From Kiritimatiellota bacterium (GTDB lineage Bacteria > Verrucomicrobiota > Kiritimatiellia > JAAZAB01): 64,000 bases of DNA. Both the position numbers and the translations under genes were made by a program. Below, piece by piece: positions 49,237-59,728 of this stretch; within the stretch, counting starts at the first letter, position 1, and each line of letters opens with the position of its first letter. The notes beneath the pieces were generated by a model that worked only from the letters and a program-made list of their open reading frames with translations, did no database searches and had not been told where the DNA came from. The stretch is taken from NCBI GenBank assembly GCA_026398415.1, contig JAPLSY010000032.1:15197-79196 (forward strand). The letters are read 5' to 3'.

Positions 49237-51291
49237 TTAGACGCCCTCTAAAACCACCATCGCGTGCGCCTTGACCTCGGGCACAACGATGTTGCAATAC
49301 TCGCCTTGCATCGAATAGCCAAGACCAATGCGGTCGGGCGCCAGATACACGGCCGACGGTTTTTTGCCCGTGCGCACGGCAAGTGCGATATCGCGGACGG
49401 GATAGATGTCCTCGATCCACTCCACGTTGGTGTGCCGGCGCTGGGGCTGGAAGTTGACCAGGTGTGCAACAAGCCGCTTCGGGCGTGCCTGCCGGTTGAC
49501 CGAGATCTCCATTGCCGAAGGCGCCTGGGTGCGGACCAGCGGCGCCGGGAGCAGACGCTCCAGCAGGCGCGCGACCAACATCTTGTACACCGGGTAGGCG
49601 TGCTCGCGATAGTTGGTGAAGATTGCCGGGGCAATGTAGGCCATGCGGCCCTTCAATACGGCCACCGGGTTGTTCATCGGCTTGTCGTACGGCGTCTGAA
49701 AGTGCGAGCAGAAGTGTTCATAGGTCCGGTTAAAGTAACTTGAGTAGAGCTTGCCGAACGCCGTGGCGCCGGCGGAGGGCTTGACCAGCGAGCTGTCGCC
49801 GTAGAGCACGAACTTGCTGTCGGGCAGGCCCTTGCCCATGATGTGCCCGTATTCGAGGTAACAGGGCTTGAAGGGATTGGCGCCGATATAGGACACCGGC
49901 AGACCCGGGCAGGTAAAGCGGCCGTCCAGCAGGCTGGCTTGGTGCGAGGCGATGAGTACGCCACCCTGCTTGACGAACGCCGCAAGGGCCTTGGCCGTAG
50001 CAAGACTGACCTGACCCTGGTCGGGGAGAATCACAACCTTATACGCATCCAGCCGGGTGTCGGGATAGATCAAGTCAAACTGCTGTTTCAGTTCCAGGAG
50101 CATTCGCCCGGCGCCATCGGCGCTGCTCTTCATGCCGCCCGTGCAGCCAGCGGGTATGGCCGCGGCACCGGCGGCAGGGATATCGGGAAGCATCATGACG
50201 CCGATTTCCGTGGCCGGCCTGGCCTTAGTGCACCATGGCTCGCAGGCTTCCACGTGCTTGAACGAGGTGCCGATGACCTCGTAAGCGCCTTGGTCCAGAA
50301 TGCCGCGCGGGTGACACTGGTCGCCCACATTCACCACGGCGTTGGCGGCGAGGATGGTGCCCGCCTCGTACATTAGCTGGTCCTTGGTCTTCAGGCCGCC
50401 GAAGTCGGCCCAGCTCTTATGGAACCGGGCGGTCATGCCCTGGACCGGCTTGTTCATCATACGGCCGTAGCGTACATGGATGGGAAAGAACGCGTAGCCC
50501 CAGCCGCCGGTCGGCAGGGCCTCGATCTCGATGTGCGAGAAGACGTCCAGCTCCTGCCGCATATCGGGCCGCATGCGGCCGTTGAAGAAAATTGTGGCAT
50601 TCTTACGGATGCCGCGGATCACTTTCGCCAAGCGCTTCGTGTAGTCGCGCGTCAACAGAAACTCAAACTTTCGATGGTCCTCGTCGCTGGCAAAGTCGAG
50701 ACCGAGCTTCTTCATGCTGTCGAAGCAACGCGGGCAGTAGCAGCCGGGGTCGGGATTGTAGCACATGTCGAAGAAGATCCCCTCGACATCGTACCATTTC
50801 AGGACCTCCTCCGCCTGGGTAGCCAGCTCGTCAACATAGTCGGGGTTATTCATGCAAAGGTTGTACCAGCCGGCCTGTAACGGCTCCGCACCTCGCCAAA
50901 GCTTGCCGTCCTTGAGCCGGCCGATCCGTTCCGGACGTACGTGGGCATTGTGCTCGTCCACGCGCACGCTGAGGTAGGCCGGGGTGACAATCCCGCGCTT
51001 GCGACAAGCCTCGATCTGTTCGCCGAGCAGGTCGAATGTCAGGGCGGGATGCATCGTGCCCACGCGCGTGGGATAGTAGCTGAGCCCATGATGGCACTTG
51101 GCAAAGAGGGTGATCCAGTTTACGCGGGCTTCCGCCAGTGTGTCGGCGAACATGTCGGGATCGAACGCGGCGCCTACGTCGGGAATGTGTTCGGACGTGT
51201 GAAAATCGAGATGGATCTGGCGGAAACGGCTGGCAACCAGTTCGGCGGCAGAACAGCGGATCGGGCTTTTGCAAACTTTCCTGGGATTCAT
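49237..51291 (-). CDS. GH151/GHL6-like glycoside hydrolase (putative alpha-L-fucosidase) with trimerisation-like domain
   Basis: RQIHLDFHTS, ITLFAKCHHG..YYPT, GIFFD, EIEALPTGGWGY, RFHKSWADFGG. Confidence 0.8.
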   Translation of the reverse strand: MNPRKVCKSPIRCSAAELVASRFRQIHLDFHTSEHIPDVGAAFDPDMFADTLAEARVNWITLFAKCHHGLSYYPTRVGTMHPALTFDLLGEQIEACRKRGIVTPAYLSVRVDEHNAHVRPERIGRLKDGKLWRGAEPLQAGWYNLCMNNPDYVDELATQAEEVLKWYDVEGIFFDMCYNPDPGCYCPRCFDSMKKLGLDFASDEDHRKFEFLLTRDYTKRLAKVIRGIRKNATIFFNGRMRPDMRQELDVFSHIEIEALPTGGWGYAFFPIHVRYGRMMNKPVQGMTARFHKSWADFGGLKTKDQLMYEAGTILAANAVVNVGDQCHPRGILDQGAYEVIGTSFKHVEACEPWCTKARPATEIGVMMLPDIPAAGAAAIPAGCTGGMKSSADGAGRMLLELKQQFDLIYPDTRLDAYKVVILPDQGQVSLATAKALAAFVKQGGVLIASHQASLLDGRFTCPGLPVSYIGANPFKPCYLEYGHIMGKGLPDSKFVLYGDSSLVKPSAGATAFGKLYSSYFNRTYEHFCSHFQTPYDKPMNNPVAVLKGRMAYIAPAIFTNYREHAYPVYKMLVARLLERLLPAPLVRTQAPSAMEISVNRQARPKRLVAHLVNFQPQRRHTNVEWIEDIYPVRDIALAVRTGKKPSAVYLAPDRIGLGYSMQGEYCNIVVPEVKAHAMVVLEGV

Positions 51292-51478
51292 CAGGCGCCT
51301 CCACGGATAAGAGTGGTTACTCCGACACGAACAAATGGAAGGCATACGATAATCCGGCTCAGTGGGGAGGAAAAGCACAAAGTGGATGTTTTTCAACCAA
51401 CTATTTTCTGTAATAATTACCGGTGTTTATATATGCTTCATGGACGGTAGCTGGTAAGTTACAGGCGAAAGGCGGCAG

Positions 51479-52300
51479 ATGAAAACATGCGCTTGGATAG
51501 CTGGGCTGGTTTTGCTGATGGCGAGCGCCGCCCCACTGCCGGCACAGACCAATATATTCCCACGGCCGGCCGCTGTGAAAACGGCCGAACCGGCCGTGGC
51601 ACCGAAGCCGGGCTGGGGATTAGTTATCAATCTGGGAGACGATGAATTGCTGCCGTTTGTCTGGATCGGGCCTTTGAAGATGTGGGTTGGCAAATTCGAG
51701 GTCACCAACGGCCAGTACAACCAGTTCGATCTGGGCCATGAGAGCAAGACTTATTACGGCCACATATTGAACGAGCCCGACCAGCCCGTGGTCTGGGTTT
51801 CCTGGGAGGACGCCAATAACTACTGCGCATGGTTGACCCGGACCTTCGGCCATCAGATCCCAAGCGGCTATATTTTCCGACTGCCGACGGAGAAGGAATG
51901 GCAGACCTTTGCCTCCTGCGGCGACCGCCGCCGATATCCCTGGGGCAATACCTGGCCGCCGCCGGATACATTTAACTACCGGGGCAAGGAAGGCGTCGGA
52001 CTAATCTACCGGCTGTTCCAGCACGAACCCTATATCAGCGGGCATAATGACGGGTTTATAGTCACATGCCCGGTGAAACGGAGCGGGGGCAATACTTGGG
52101 GTTTATTTGGCGTGGGCGGCAACGCATGGGAATGGTGCCAGGACTGGTTCGACGACCAGCAGATCACGCGGTCCCTGCGCGGGGCAAGCTGGAATAACGA
52201 CGAACCGGACATCATCGCCGTCACCAATCGCAGTGACACCTATCCCTTGCGGAGCAATCCCATGATCGGCTTCCGGGTCGTACTGGCGCCCGTCGAATAA
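51479..52300 (+). CDS. Secreted FGE-sulfatase (SUMF1/C-lectin fold) domain protein
   Basis: KFEVTNGQY, PVVWVSWEDA, RLPTEKEW, GNAWEWC, RGASW, GFRV. Confidence 0.88.
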   Translation: MKTCAWIAGLVLLMASAAPLPAQTNIFPRPAAVKTAEPAVAPKPGWGLVINLGDDELLPFVWIGPLKMWVGKFEVTNGQYNQFDLGHESKTYYGHILNEPDQPVVWVSWEDANNYCAWLTRTFGHQIPSGYIFRLPTEKEWQTFASCGDRRRYPWGNTWPPPDTFNYRGKEGVGLIYRLFQHEPYISGHNDGFIVTCPVKRSGGNTWGLFGVGGNAWEWCQDWFDDQQITRSLRGASWNNDEPDIIAVTNRSDTYPLRSNPMIGFRVVLAPVE

Positions 52301-52327
52301 GGAATAATTCCGGCGGCTGACACCGGT

Positions 52328-52681
52328 TTATTTTGCCGTGGACCCGGCCTTGGAAGCGGTCTTGCCCTTGGATTTAGCGGGCACATTCTTCTTGGACTTC
52401 ACGCCCACAGCTTTGTTGGTCGAGCGCGACGTTTCCGTCGCGTTCATGGCCTGGAGATGCAATTTCTGGATTTCCGCCTGGAGCGTCTGATTGGCCTGTT
52501 CCAATTCCTGGATCTTGGCCTTATCCGCGGCGCCCGCCTGGAGCTGAACGTTCACATTCTGGATTTCCGCCTGCAAGGACTGGTTGGTCGCTTCCAGTTC
52601 GGCGATTTTTTTCTTGTCGGCGCATCCAAACAACAACAGCGAGGAGACACAGACCGCGGAAATCAGAATGCCGTGTTTCAT
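52328..52681 (-). CDS. Small coiled-coil lipoprotein with internal 31-aa duplication
   Basis: LLLFGC lipobox; KIxELExxNQxLQAEIQ twice; Lys-rich tail. Confidence 0.7.
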   Translation of the reverse strand: MKHGILISAVCVSSLLLFGCADKKKIAELEATNQSLQAEIQNVNVQLQAGAADKAKIQELEQANQTLQAEIQKLHLQAMNATETSRSTNKAVGVKSKKNVPAKSKGKTASKAGSTAK

Positions 52682-52777
52682 GACAACTGCCTTTCTAAAT
52701 GTTTTGTTTTTGATCTGTTGGTAAACGGGAAGCGAACTTACACATTGGCCCATAATATTGCAACAGGAAAAACATTC

Positions 52778-54220
52778 TCAATCCGCGCCGGGGATGGTGG
52801 GCGGGACCAGCGCCAGCGGCGCGGGCACGGGCTCAATGACCCGCATCCGCTTCCAGCGGCCCTGGCGATACCGCCAGCGGAATACCAGGGCCAGCACGCA
52901 GACATAGGCAGACACAAAGCCCCAGATGGTATAAAGCCCCGCATGTAAATAAACCACCCCCACCGTGACCGGCAAAACAATCAGGCCCAATGAAAGGCAG
53001 GCAATCGTCCACCCAATGAATTTAGTATCGCCCGCACCGCGAAGCGCGCCGGAATAAATGACATTGATCGTATCGAACACGCTGTAAAAAGCGATAAAGC
53101 GCAGAACGCCCACCGTCAGACGCCGGACAACCACAAACGCCCCGGCATCATCACCCGGCGCTTGAAAAATATTTATCAGCCATTCCGGCGCCAAAATAAA
53201 AAGCGCCGCCAGCGCCCACATATAGACACAGGTCAAATGCAGGGCGCTCCGCGTGGCGACCATGCCATCCTCCGGGCATCCGCGCCCAATGGCCTGGCCC
53301 ACCAGCGTGCTGACAGCGATCGAAAAACCGATCATCGGCATAAAAGCCAGCAGGTTGATAGAACAGGCAATATTGGTCGCCGCCAATGCATCGCGGCCCA
53401 GCCGCCCCACCATCAGCAGAAACATGGCAAACCCGAAAATATCCACAAACACCTGGATCCCGGCCGGCGTCCCGAATTTCAACAGGCGTCCAAACAGAAT
53501 GCGGTCAAAAGCCCACATCCGGCGCACACCATAGATTTGGTCGTTAGATTTGCGGAACACCACGCCGATATAAAGCAGGAGCATGACCGCAGAACTGGTC
53601 ACCGTGGCCAAAGCGGAGCCGGACATACCCAGTTCCGGGAAACCCCAGCCACCGTTAATGAGCAGGTAATTCAACGGCACATTGAGCGTCACGCCGATCA
53701 CATTAATAACCATGATGGGCATGGTCAGACCCCGCCCGGAATAAAAACAGCTTAGCGCGTTCTGCAGAAGTCCGAACACGGCGCCCAGCATGAGAATCCG
53801 GAAATAGATCACTTCAAGCTCCTGGATTCGCGGCGCGTGGCCGGCCAGCCGGAACAGGCTCCCGCCAATGCAAGACAAACCCGCCAGCAAAATGCCGGCG
53901 GCCAGCGCCAAATAGATACCCTGCCAGAGCGCGCTCCCAACCCGCAGGGGCAGATGCGCGCCGACATATTGCGCCACAAAGGTGTTGGTAAATTCGACCA
54001 CCCCCATGAAAAAGCACATGAACATGAAGGCTTGCAACCCCGCCGGCACGGATGCCGCCAGTGTGTCCAGCGAGTAGCGCCCCAGGAACATCCGGTCGGT
54101 GAACAGCATGACCGTATGCGAACTCATGCTGATGATCAGCGGCAGGCTGATCTTAAACACTTCGCGATAGCCGCTGGGCCGGCGCCAGGCGGTCGAAATA
54201 AGTTGGAGAAAGGAGGTCAT
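52778..54220 (-). CDS. MATE family efflux transporter
   Basis: About 12 TM; LPLIIS...DRMFLG, PELGMSGSALAT, GALRGAGDT. Confidence 0.92.
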   Translation of the reverse strand: MTSFLQLISTAWRRPSGYREVFKISLPLIISMSSHTVMLFTDRMFLGRYSLDTLAASVPAGLQAFMFMCFFMGVVEFTNTFVAQYVGAHLPLRVGSALWQGIYLALAAGILLAGLSCIGGSLFRLAGHAPRIQELEVIYFRILMLGAVFGLLQNALSCFYSGRGLTMPIMVINVIGVTLNVPLNYLLINGGWGFPELGMSGSALATVTSSAVMLLLYIGVVFRKSNDQIYGVRRMWAFDRILFGRLLKFGTPAGIQVFVDIFGFAMFLLMVGRLGRDALAATNIACSINLLAFMPMIGFSIAVSTLVGQAIGRGCPEDGMVATRSALHLTCVYMWALAALFILAPEWLINIFQAPGDDAGAFVVVRRLTVGVLRFIAFYSVFDTINVIYSGALRGAGDTKFIGWTIACLSLGLIVLPVTVGVVYLHAGLYTIWGFVSAYVCVLALVFRWRYRQGRWKRMRVIEPVPAPLALVPPTIPGAD

Positions 54221-54316
54221 AAATTAGCGGGCTACTACATTGCACTTGATTCGTATATCATATACCCGTTATTATTCAACACAACACGACAATAACATCG
54301 TTTCAAAGGACCTGTT

Positions 54317-55339
54317 ATGAGCGTTATTCGCACAGCCATCCTGGGGTATGGTCGCAGTGGCAGCACCCTGCACGCCGGCCCCATCGAAAAAAACAAATCT
54401 TTCCACGTGACCGCCGTCTGCGATGTGGATGCCACCGCGCGCCAGAAAGCCGTTGCCCGGTTTGGGTGCCGGCCTTACGACGATTATCGCCGGATGCTCA
54501 AGGAGGAACCGCTCGACCTCGTGGTCATCGTTACCCGCAGTGACCAGCATTGCCAGATGACCTGCGACTGCCTGGCAGGGGGCGTCAACGTGCTCGTGAC
54601 CAAGCCCTGGGCAGTCAATGCCGGCGAAGCCCAACGCATGGTCAGCACGGCCAAATCCTCCGGCAAGCTCCTGCTACCCTGGTTGCCTGCGCGCTGGGGC
54701 AGTGACTTGCAGCGTCTGCGCCAACTGGTGGTCGAGGAACAGGCCATCGGCACCGTGTTCCTGGTCCGGCGCGTGGAAGGCAGTTTTGCCACGCGGAACG
54801 ACTGGCAGACCGAGCGGCGCTACGGTGGCGGCTACCTGCTGAACTGGGGCCCGCACATTGTGGACCCGCCCATTCAGCTCCTGGGCAGCCCGGTAAAGTC
54901 GGTTTACGGGCGGCTTAAGCAGACGATCAACCCCGGCGATGTCGAAGATTTGTTTATGGGCATTCTGACGCTCGCCAACGGTATCCTCGTGCAGGTAGAA
55001 TACACGGTTTCAACCGAATCCCCGCCAACCTGGTTTCTTCAAGGCACGCGCGGCACAATCGTGGTGCACGGCACACAGTTGAAGATGAATGCCCGAACGC
55101 CCGCACAGCCCTCTGACCCCACGCAATACAGTACCATGCAAGCCGTCCCCGACAAGATGCTGGAGGAAAAACTTGCCGGCTCGCTGTACGGGGACGAGCA
55201 CCAGATTTACAAGGAAATTGCCGCCGCCTTGTGCGGCGAAACCCGCTATCCCGTGACACCCGCCAGCGCGCTGGAGCTCTCGCGGGTATTGGACGCTATT
55301 CGGACTTCGAGCAACGAAAACCGCGTGGTCATGATGTGA
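54317..55339 (+). CDS. Gfo/Idh/MocA family oxidoreductase
   Basis: ILGYGRSG, VLVTKP, GGGYLLNWGPHIVD. Confidence 0.9.
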   Translation: MSVIRTAILGYGRSGSTLHAGPIEKNKSFHVTAVCDVDATARQKAVARFGCRPYDDYRRMLKEEPLDLVVIVTRSDQHCQMTCDCLAGGVNVLVTKPWAVNAGEAQRMVSTAKSSGKLLLPWLPARWGSDLQRLRQLVVEEQAIGTVFLVRRVEGSFATRNDWQTERRYGGGYLLNWGPHIVDPPIQLLGSPVKSVYGRLKQTINPGDVEDLFMGILTLANGILVQVEYTVSTESPPTWFLQGTRGTIVVHGTQLKMNARTPAQPSDPTQYSTMQAVPDKMLEEKLAGSLYGDEHQIYKEIAAALCGETRYPVTPASALELSRVLDAIRTSSNENRVVMM

Positions 55340-55363
55340 GCAGAACCGCCAACGAGACCAAAC

Positions 55364-56554
55364 ATGATTAGAAAACAAAAAATCGCTGCAGCTTGGGTAC
55401 TATCTGCCACCGTAATCCTGGCGTTGGCCACCTTCGGCTGTAAACGCGCCGCGCACGCGCCCCAGATGGGAATACCGGAAGTGATGGTGATGGACGTGAT
55501 TCAAAAGGACGTCCCTATTTACGGGGACTGGATCGGCACGCTCGACGGGATGGTCAATGCCAAGATTCATGCCCAGGTCAGCGGCTATCTGATGGCCCAG
55601 TGTTACAAGGAAGGTGATTTAGTTCACAAAGGCGACCTGCTTTTTCAAATTGATCCGCGCCCTTTCCAGGCGGCGCTGGACAAGGCCAATGGCCAACTGG
55701 CCGAGTCCCAGGCAAATTTGGACATGACCGCGATAGACGTTAAGCGATATACGCCCCTGGCCAAAGACAATGCGATCAGCCAGCAAGAGCTGGACAATGC
55801 CATCCAATCCAACAAGGGTGCTCAAGCCGCGTTGGAATCGGCTCAGGCGGCCGTCCAGCAAGCCGAGCTGGATTTAGGGTTCACCAAGGTCACTTCGCCG
55901 ATTGACGGCATCTCAGGAATTGCCGAAGCCCAGGTTGGCGACCTGGTGGGACCAAACAGTTCGGAGCTGACGGCCGTATCCACGGTGGACCCGATCAAGG
56001 TTTATTTCCCGATCAGCGAGCAGGAATACATGCTGGCGATGGAAAACAGGATAGCTCAAGGAAGAGGCAACATGACCTCCGGCCATTCGACCAATAACCT
56101 GGAGCTTGTCCTTGCCAATGGTGAAACCTACCAGCACAAGGGCGAAATTTTCACCGCCGACCGCCAGGTCAATATTAAAACGGGTACAATCCGTATTGCC
56201 GGCTTGTTCGCGAATCCTGATTTTATCCTGCGGCCCGGGCAGTATGCGCATGTCCGTTTGCCCATCAAAATGCTGACCGGCGCGCTCCTGGTACCCCAGC
56301 GCGCGGTCGCCGAAACACAGGGCAGTTATCATATAGTGGTCGTGGACAAAAACAATCGCGCGTCAATTCGAACCGTGCAGGCGGGCGATCGCAGCGAATC
56401 GTCATGGATAATCACCAAGGGACTTCATCCCGGCGAGCGCGTGGTGGTCGAGGGCATCCAAAAGGCCCGCGAAGGCGCCACTGTCAACCCGAAGCCTTAC
56501 ATAATGGAAGCCGGACCGGCCCCGGCGGCGGGAACGAACGTACCGACTCCGTAA
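55364..56554 (+). CDS. RND periplasmic adaptor
   Basis: FGC lipobox, IHAQVSGYL, SPIDGISG, LRPGQYA. Confidence 0.92.
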   Translation: MIRKQKIAAAWVLSATVILALATFGCKRAAHAPQMGIPEVMVMDVIQKDVPIYGDWIGTLDGMVNAKIHAQVSGYLMAQCYKEGDLVHKGDLLFQIDPRPFQAALDKANGQLAESQANLDMTAIDVKRYTPLAKDNAISQQELDNAIQSNKGAQAALESAQAAVQQAELDLGFTKVTSPIDGISGIAEAQVGDLVGPNSSELTAVSTVDPIKVYFPISEQEYMLAMENRIAQGRGNMTSGHSTNNLELVLANGETYQHKGEIFTADRQVNIKTGTIRIAGLFANPDFILRPGQYAHVRLPIKMLTGALLVPQRAVAETQGSYHIVVVDKNNRASIRTVQAGDRSESSWIITKGLHPGERVVVEGIQKAREGATVNPKPYIMEAGPAPAAGTNVPTP

Positions 56555-56566
56555 GGCAACTGATCC

Positions 56567-59500
56567 ATGACAAAATTCTTCATCAACCGTCCCATCGTGG
56601 CCATGGTGATTTCCATCATCATGGTAATTATCGGCCTGGTGATCATGCTGAGCCTGCCCACGGCCCAATTCCCCAATATCGTCCCGCCTGAAGTCCAGAT
56701 CCAGACGATGTACGTCGGCGCCGACGCACAAACCGTGGAGCAATCGGTCGCCACGCCCATCGAACAGCAGATGAGCGGCGTGGACAACATGAAATACATG
56801 TATTCCGTCAACGCCAACAATGGCTCCATGTCGATGCGTGTGGATTTCGACATTACCACGGACCCCAACACGGATCAGATCCTGGCGCAGATGCGCGAGT
56901 CCCAGGCCGAGTCTCAACTCCCATCCGATGTCCGTAATTACGGGGTCACGGTTCAGAAATCCACATCCGCTCCGCTTATGCTCTTTTCTCTGAATTCGCC
57001 CAACGGCACTTATGACGCCACGTTCCTCGCTAATTATGCCTATATCAACCTCAACGACCAATTGCTCCGTGTACCGGGCATTGCCAGCATTCAGGTATTT
57101 GGCTCGGGCCAGTACGCCATGCGCTTCTGGGTCAGACCGGACAAACTGGCCAAGCTGAGCATCACTATCCCGGACATCATTAACGCGATCAACAGCCAGA
57201 ATACGGTCAATCCCGCCGGCCAGATCGGCAGCGAACCGGTGCCGAATGGGCAGGAGTTTACCTATGCCGTGCGCGCCCAGAGCCGCCTGGTCAGTGAGGA
57301 GGAGTTTGAACAGATTGTGATCCGGGCCGATTCGGATGGCTCCGTAATTCGTCTAAAGGATGTCGCCCGCGTGGAATTAGGTTCCCAGGCTTATAATGTC
57401 ATCGGGCGGCTTAACGGTAAGCCGGCGGCTATTATCGCGCTCTATCAACTACCCGGCTCGAACGCCATCAAGGCGGCCGACGGCGCCAAGAAACTCATTG
57501 CCGAATTGAAAAAGCGTTTCCCGGCGGATATTGATTGCGTTATCGCCCTTGATACCACCGAGGCGGTCCGGGCCGGCATGCAGGAAATCACCAAGACGCT
57601 GTTCGAAGCCTTGTTACTGGTAATTCTGGTTGTCTTTATTTTCCTGCAGAGCTGGCGCGCCACCTTGATTCCGCTGCTGGCCGTGCCGGTCTCGCTCATC
57701 GGGACCTTCATGTTGTTCCCGCTTTTCGGATTTTCGATCAACACACTGTCGCTCTTCGGCCTGGTGCTGGCCATCGGGCTGGTAGTGGATGACGCCATCG
57801 TCGTGGTGGAGGCCGTGGAACGGCATATCGAGGAGGGTATGACGCCAAAGGACGCGGCGCTCAAGGCCATGGAAGAGGTGTCCGGGCCGGTCATCGCCAT
57901 TGCGCTCATCCTGGCAGCGGTGTTCATCCCGACCGTGTTCATTCCCGGGATCACCGGCCGGCTCTACCAGCAGTTCGCCGTGACCATTGCGGTTTCCGTG
58001 ATCATTTCGGCTTTCAATGCCTTGTCGCTCAGCCCGGCGCTGGCGGCCCTGCTGTTGCGGCCCCGCGTGAAAACACGCGGGCCGGTTGGGATATTTTTCG
58101 ACGGCTTCAACCGGATGTTCGACCGCGCCACGCATGGATACGTCGCGATTTGCGGCGCCTGCATCCGCAAGACGGGATTCAGCCTGCTCTTCCTGGCACT
58201 GGTCGCCGCCAGCGTGGGCCTGTTCGGCAAGATCCTGCCGGGTGCTTTTATCCCGGAAGAGGACCAGGGTTATATGTATCTCAACGTCCAGCTTCCGGAC
58301 GCCGCCTCGCTTCAGCGCACGGATGCGGTCTGCCGCCAGATCGAGGAGATTCTCGCCAAAACTCCGGGTGTACAGTATGCTACCACGGTCTGTGGCTTCA
58401 GCATGTTGAGCTGGGTCTCGGACACCTACAGCGCTTTCTTTTTTGTTTCGCTCAAACCCTGGGAGGAGCGCAAAAAACCTGAGGAACAATATGACGCCAT
58501 CGCGATGCACATCAACCGCGCACTGGCTAAACTTCCGCAGGCCGTTGCCTTCGCCTTCCCTCCGCCGGCCATTCCGGGCATCGGCACGGCCGGCGGTGTC
58601 ACCTTCCTGCTCGAGGACCGTGCCGGCAAGGATATTGCGTTCCTGTCAGAAAATGTAAAAACCTTCATGGCGGCCGTCCGTAAGCGTCCGGAAGTGGCTA
58701 CGATCAACACCACGTTCCTGCCGAACGTGCCGCAAATATTTATCGATGTGGACCGTGACAAGGTTTTGAAGCAGGGGGTTGAGATCAGCCAGGTGTATAA
58801 AACCCTGCAAGCCTTCATGGGCGGCACGTTCATCAATTATTTTAACCGGTTCGGGCGGCAGTGGCAGGTTTACGTTCAGGCTGAGGGGGATTACCGCACG
58901 CGCGCTGAAAACCTGGGCCAGTTTTATGTGCGCAATGACCAGGGTGCCATGGTGCCGCTCTCCGCGCTGACTAAGATCAGATCCAGCGTCGGGCCGGAAT
59001 TCACCATGCGCTTCAATCTTTATCGCTGCGCCCAGTTTAACGTCACGGCGGCGCCGGGCTATAGTTCGGCCCAGACCATGCAGGCGCTGGAAGACGTGTT
59101 TACCCAAACCATGCCGATCGAAATGGGCTACGATTACCTGGGCATGTCCGCCCAGGAAAAGGAAGCGCAGCAGGGCGTGCCCGTATGGGTCATTTACGGA
59201 CTGTCGCTGTTGTTCGTCTTCCTGATCCTGGCAGCCCAGTATGAGAGTTGGGGCTTGCCCTTCAGCGTGCTGCTGGGCACGCCGGTCGCGGTGTTCGGCG
59301 CATTTCTGGCAATCTATCTGCGACACATGGACGTCAGCGTATATGTCCAGATCGGGCTGATCATGCTCATCGGGCTGGCCGCGAAAAACGCCATCCTGAT
59401 CGTGGAGTTTGCCAAGACCAGTCGTGAAGGCGGCATGTCCGCGACGGATGCCGCCCTGCATGGTGCGCGCATCAGGCTACGCCCGATCCTGATGACCGCC

Positions 59501-59728
59501 TTCGCGTTCATCCTGGGCTGCGTGCCGCTGTGGGTCGCCACAGGCTCCGGCTCGGTCTCGCGCCAGGTGCTCGGCACGGCCGTGATCGGCGGCATGCTGG
59601 CCGCCACCTGCATCGCCATTTTCATCATTCCCGTCTCCTTTTCCTTTATCGAGCACTTGATTCATGGCAAGGAACCGGAGTGTCCCGCATTGCCAAAGGA
59701 GAAGACGGAGGAAAATCATTCTCCATGA
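56567..59728 (+). CDS. RND efflux permease (HAE1)
   Basis: [43 protein letters not shown]. Confidence 0.96.
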   Translation: MTKFFINRPIVAMVISIIMVIIGLVIMLSLPTAQFPNIVPPEVQIQTMYVGADAQTVEQSVATPIEQQMSGVDNMKYMYSVNANNGSMSMRVDFDITTDPNTDQILAQMRESQAESQLPSDVRNYGVTVQKSTSAPLMLFSLNSPNGTYDATFLANYAYINLNDQLLRVPGIASIQVFGSGQYAMRFWVRPDKLAKLSITIPDIINAINSQNTVNPAGQIGSEPVPNGQEFTYAVRAQSRLVSEEEFEQIVIRADSDGSVIRLKDVARVELGSQAYNVIGRLNGKPAAIIALYQLPGSNAIKAADGAKKLIAELKKRFPADIDCVIALDTTEAVRAGMQEITKTLFEALLLVILVVFIFLQSWRATLIPLLAVPVSLIGTFMLFPLFGFSINTLSLFGLVLAIGLVVDDAIVVVEAVERHIEEGMTPKDAALKAMEEVSGPVIAIALILAAVFIPTVFIPGITGRLYQQFAVTIAVSVIISAFNALSLSPALAALLLRPRVKTRGPVGIFFDGFNRMFDRATHGYVAICGACIRKTGFSLLFLALVAASVGLFGKILPGAFIPEEDQGYMYLNVQLPDAASLQRTDAVCRQIEEILAKTPGVQYATTVCGFSMLSWVSDTYSAFFFVSLKPWEERKKPEEQYDAIAMHINRALAKLPQAVAFAFPPPAIPGIGTAGGVTFLLEDRAGKDIAFLSENVKTFMAAVRKRPEVATINTTFLPNVPQIFIDVDRDKVLKQGVEISQVYKTLQAFMGGTFINYFNRFGRQWQVYVQAEGDYRTRAENLGQFYVRNDQGAMVPLSALTKIRSSVGPEFTMRFNLYRCAQFNVTAAPGYSSAQTMQALEDVFTQTMPIEMGYDYLGMSAQEKEAQQGVPVWVIYGLSLLFVFLILAAQYESWGLPFSVLLGTPVAVFGAFLAIYLRHMDVSVYVQIGLIMLIGLAAKNAILIVEFAKTSREGGMSATDAALHGARIRLRPILMTAFAFILGCVPLWVATGSGSVSRQVLGTAVIGGMLAATCIAIFIIPVSFSFIEHLIHGKEPECPALPKEKTEENHSP

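Noticed and set aside
51479-52300. FGE-sulfatase/CLec protein as a diversity-generating retroelement target
   Set aside because: No reverse transcriptase and no template repeat of its 3' end is visible in the window
54246-54275. GTATA-TCA-TATAC palindrome between MATE and the oxidoreductase gene
   Set aside because: Short and AT-rich with no adjacent cognate regulator; too weak to call
59530-59724. N-terminal ORF-track extensions (also 43799, 39427, 49420, 51396, 13170, 18905, 27481)
   Set aside because: They overlap upstream genes or lack family similarity; downstream starts with an SD, translational coupling or family-typical N-termini fit better
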